DNA of 64,000 bases from Adineta vaga. Its lineage: Eukaryota; Animalia; Rotifera. The stretch lies in NCBI GenBank assembly GCA_021613535.1, contig CP075492.1, forward strand, positions 2,852,001 through 2,916,000, given 5' to 3'. Under the pieces are notes generated by a model that did no database searches, was not told the DNA's origin, and saw only the letters and a program-made list of their open reading frames with translations. Position numbers and translations under genes: made by a program. This document shows positions 63,763 to 64,000 of the stretch, piece after piece (positions within the stretch are counted from its first letter, which is position 1; each line of letters starts with the position of its first letter).

Positions 63763-64000
63763 ATGATCCAAGCTTCAACTATTGCTTTTCTTGCATTTGT
63801 TGTAGGAACAGGTAGTAAAAGATTATTTAATTAAATGCAATATGACGATTTTGGTTTTCTTAGTCAATGCTTTCACAACATTTGAACTCCAATATCAAAA
63901 TATAACATTAGAACATCATAATTATTTACGTGGCCGTCATTGTGCACCACCTCTTAAACTTGATGCTCAACTAAATACAATTGCACAAAATTATGCTGAA
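63763..64000 (+). CDS. Secreted CAP/SCP-domain protein, 5' part; exons 63763-63811 and 63864->64000
   Basis: Signal peptide MIQASTIAFLAFVVGTVNA, then HNYLRGRHCAPPLKLDAQLNTIAQNYAE. Confidence 0.8.

Overview
AT-rich eukaryotic DNA with short GT-AG introns. The gene content most resembles a bdelloid rotifer (NHL, Kelch, FG-GAP and Apple-domain families, orphan GPCRs, many foreign-looking enzymes, TGTGGG-type repeats); this assignment is inference. Main contents: an aldo-keto reductase, 2 GPCRs, a C-type lectin, a GH3-family adenylating enzyme, a large FG-GAP membrane protein, a TMEM272-like protein with a 12x54-bp repeat, a P-type ATPase, a DBH-like monooxygenase, a Ly6-like protein, a CAP protein, and several decayed NHL/Kelch genes. 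Highlights: (1) a tandem isocitrate-lyase-family gene and prpD only 160 bp apart, where the lyase carries methylisocitrate-lyase-type substitutions (LQLIAL instead of FQFITL), suggesting a methylcitrate mini-cluster in an animal; (2) next to it, a cytochrome-b5 / YqcI-YcgG (GntA/DcsA-like) fusion; (3) a full-length ~6 kb LINE with a 12-bp TSD inserted just before the DLDGD catalytic motif of an RNA-dependent RNA polymerase gene, carrying a third ORF for a small type-I membrane protein; (4) a dispersed family of short hairpin elements with telomere-like (GGGTGT)n arms; (5) an apparently secreted class II nucleotidyltransferase with a furin-like site.
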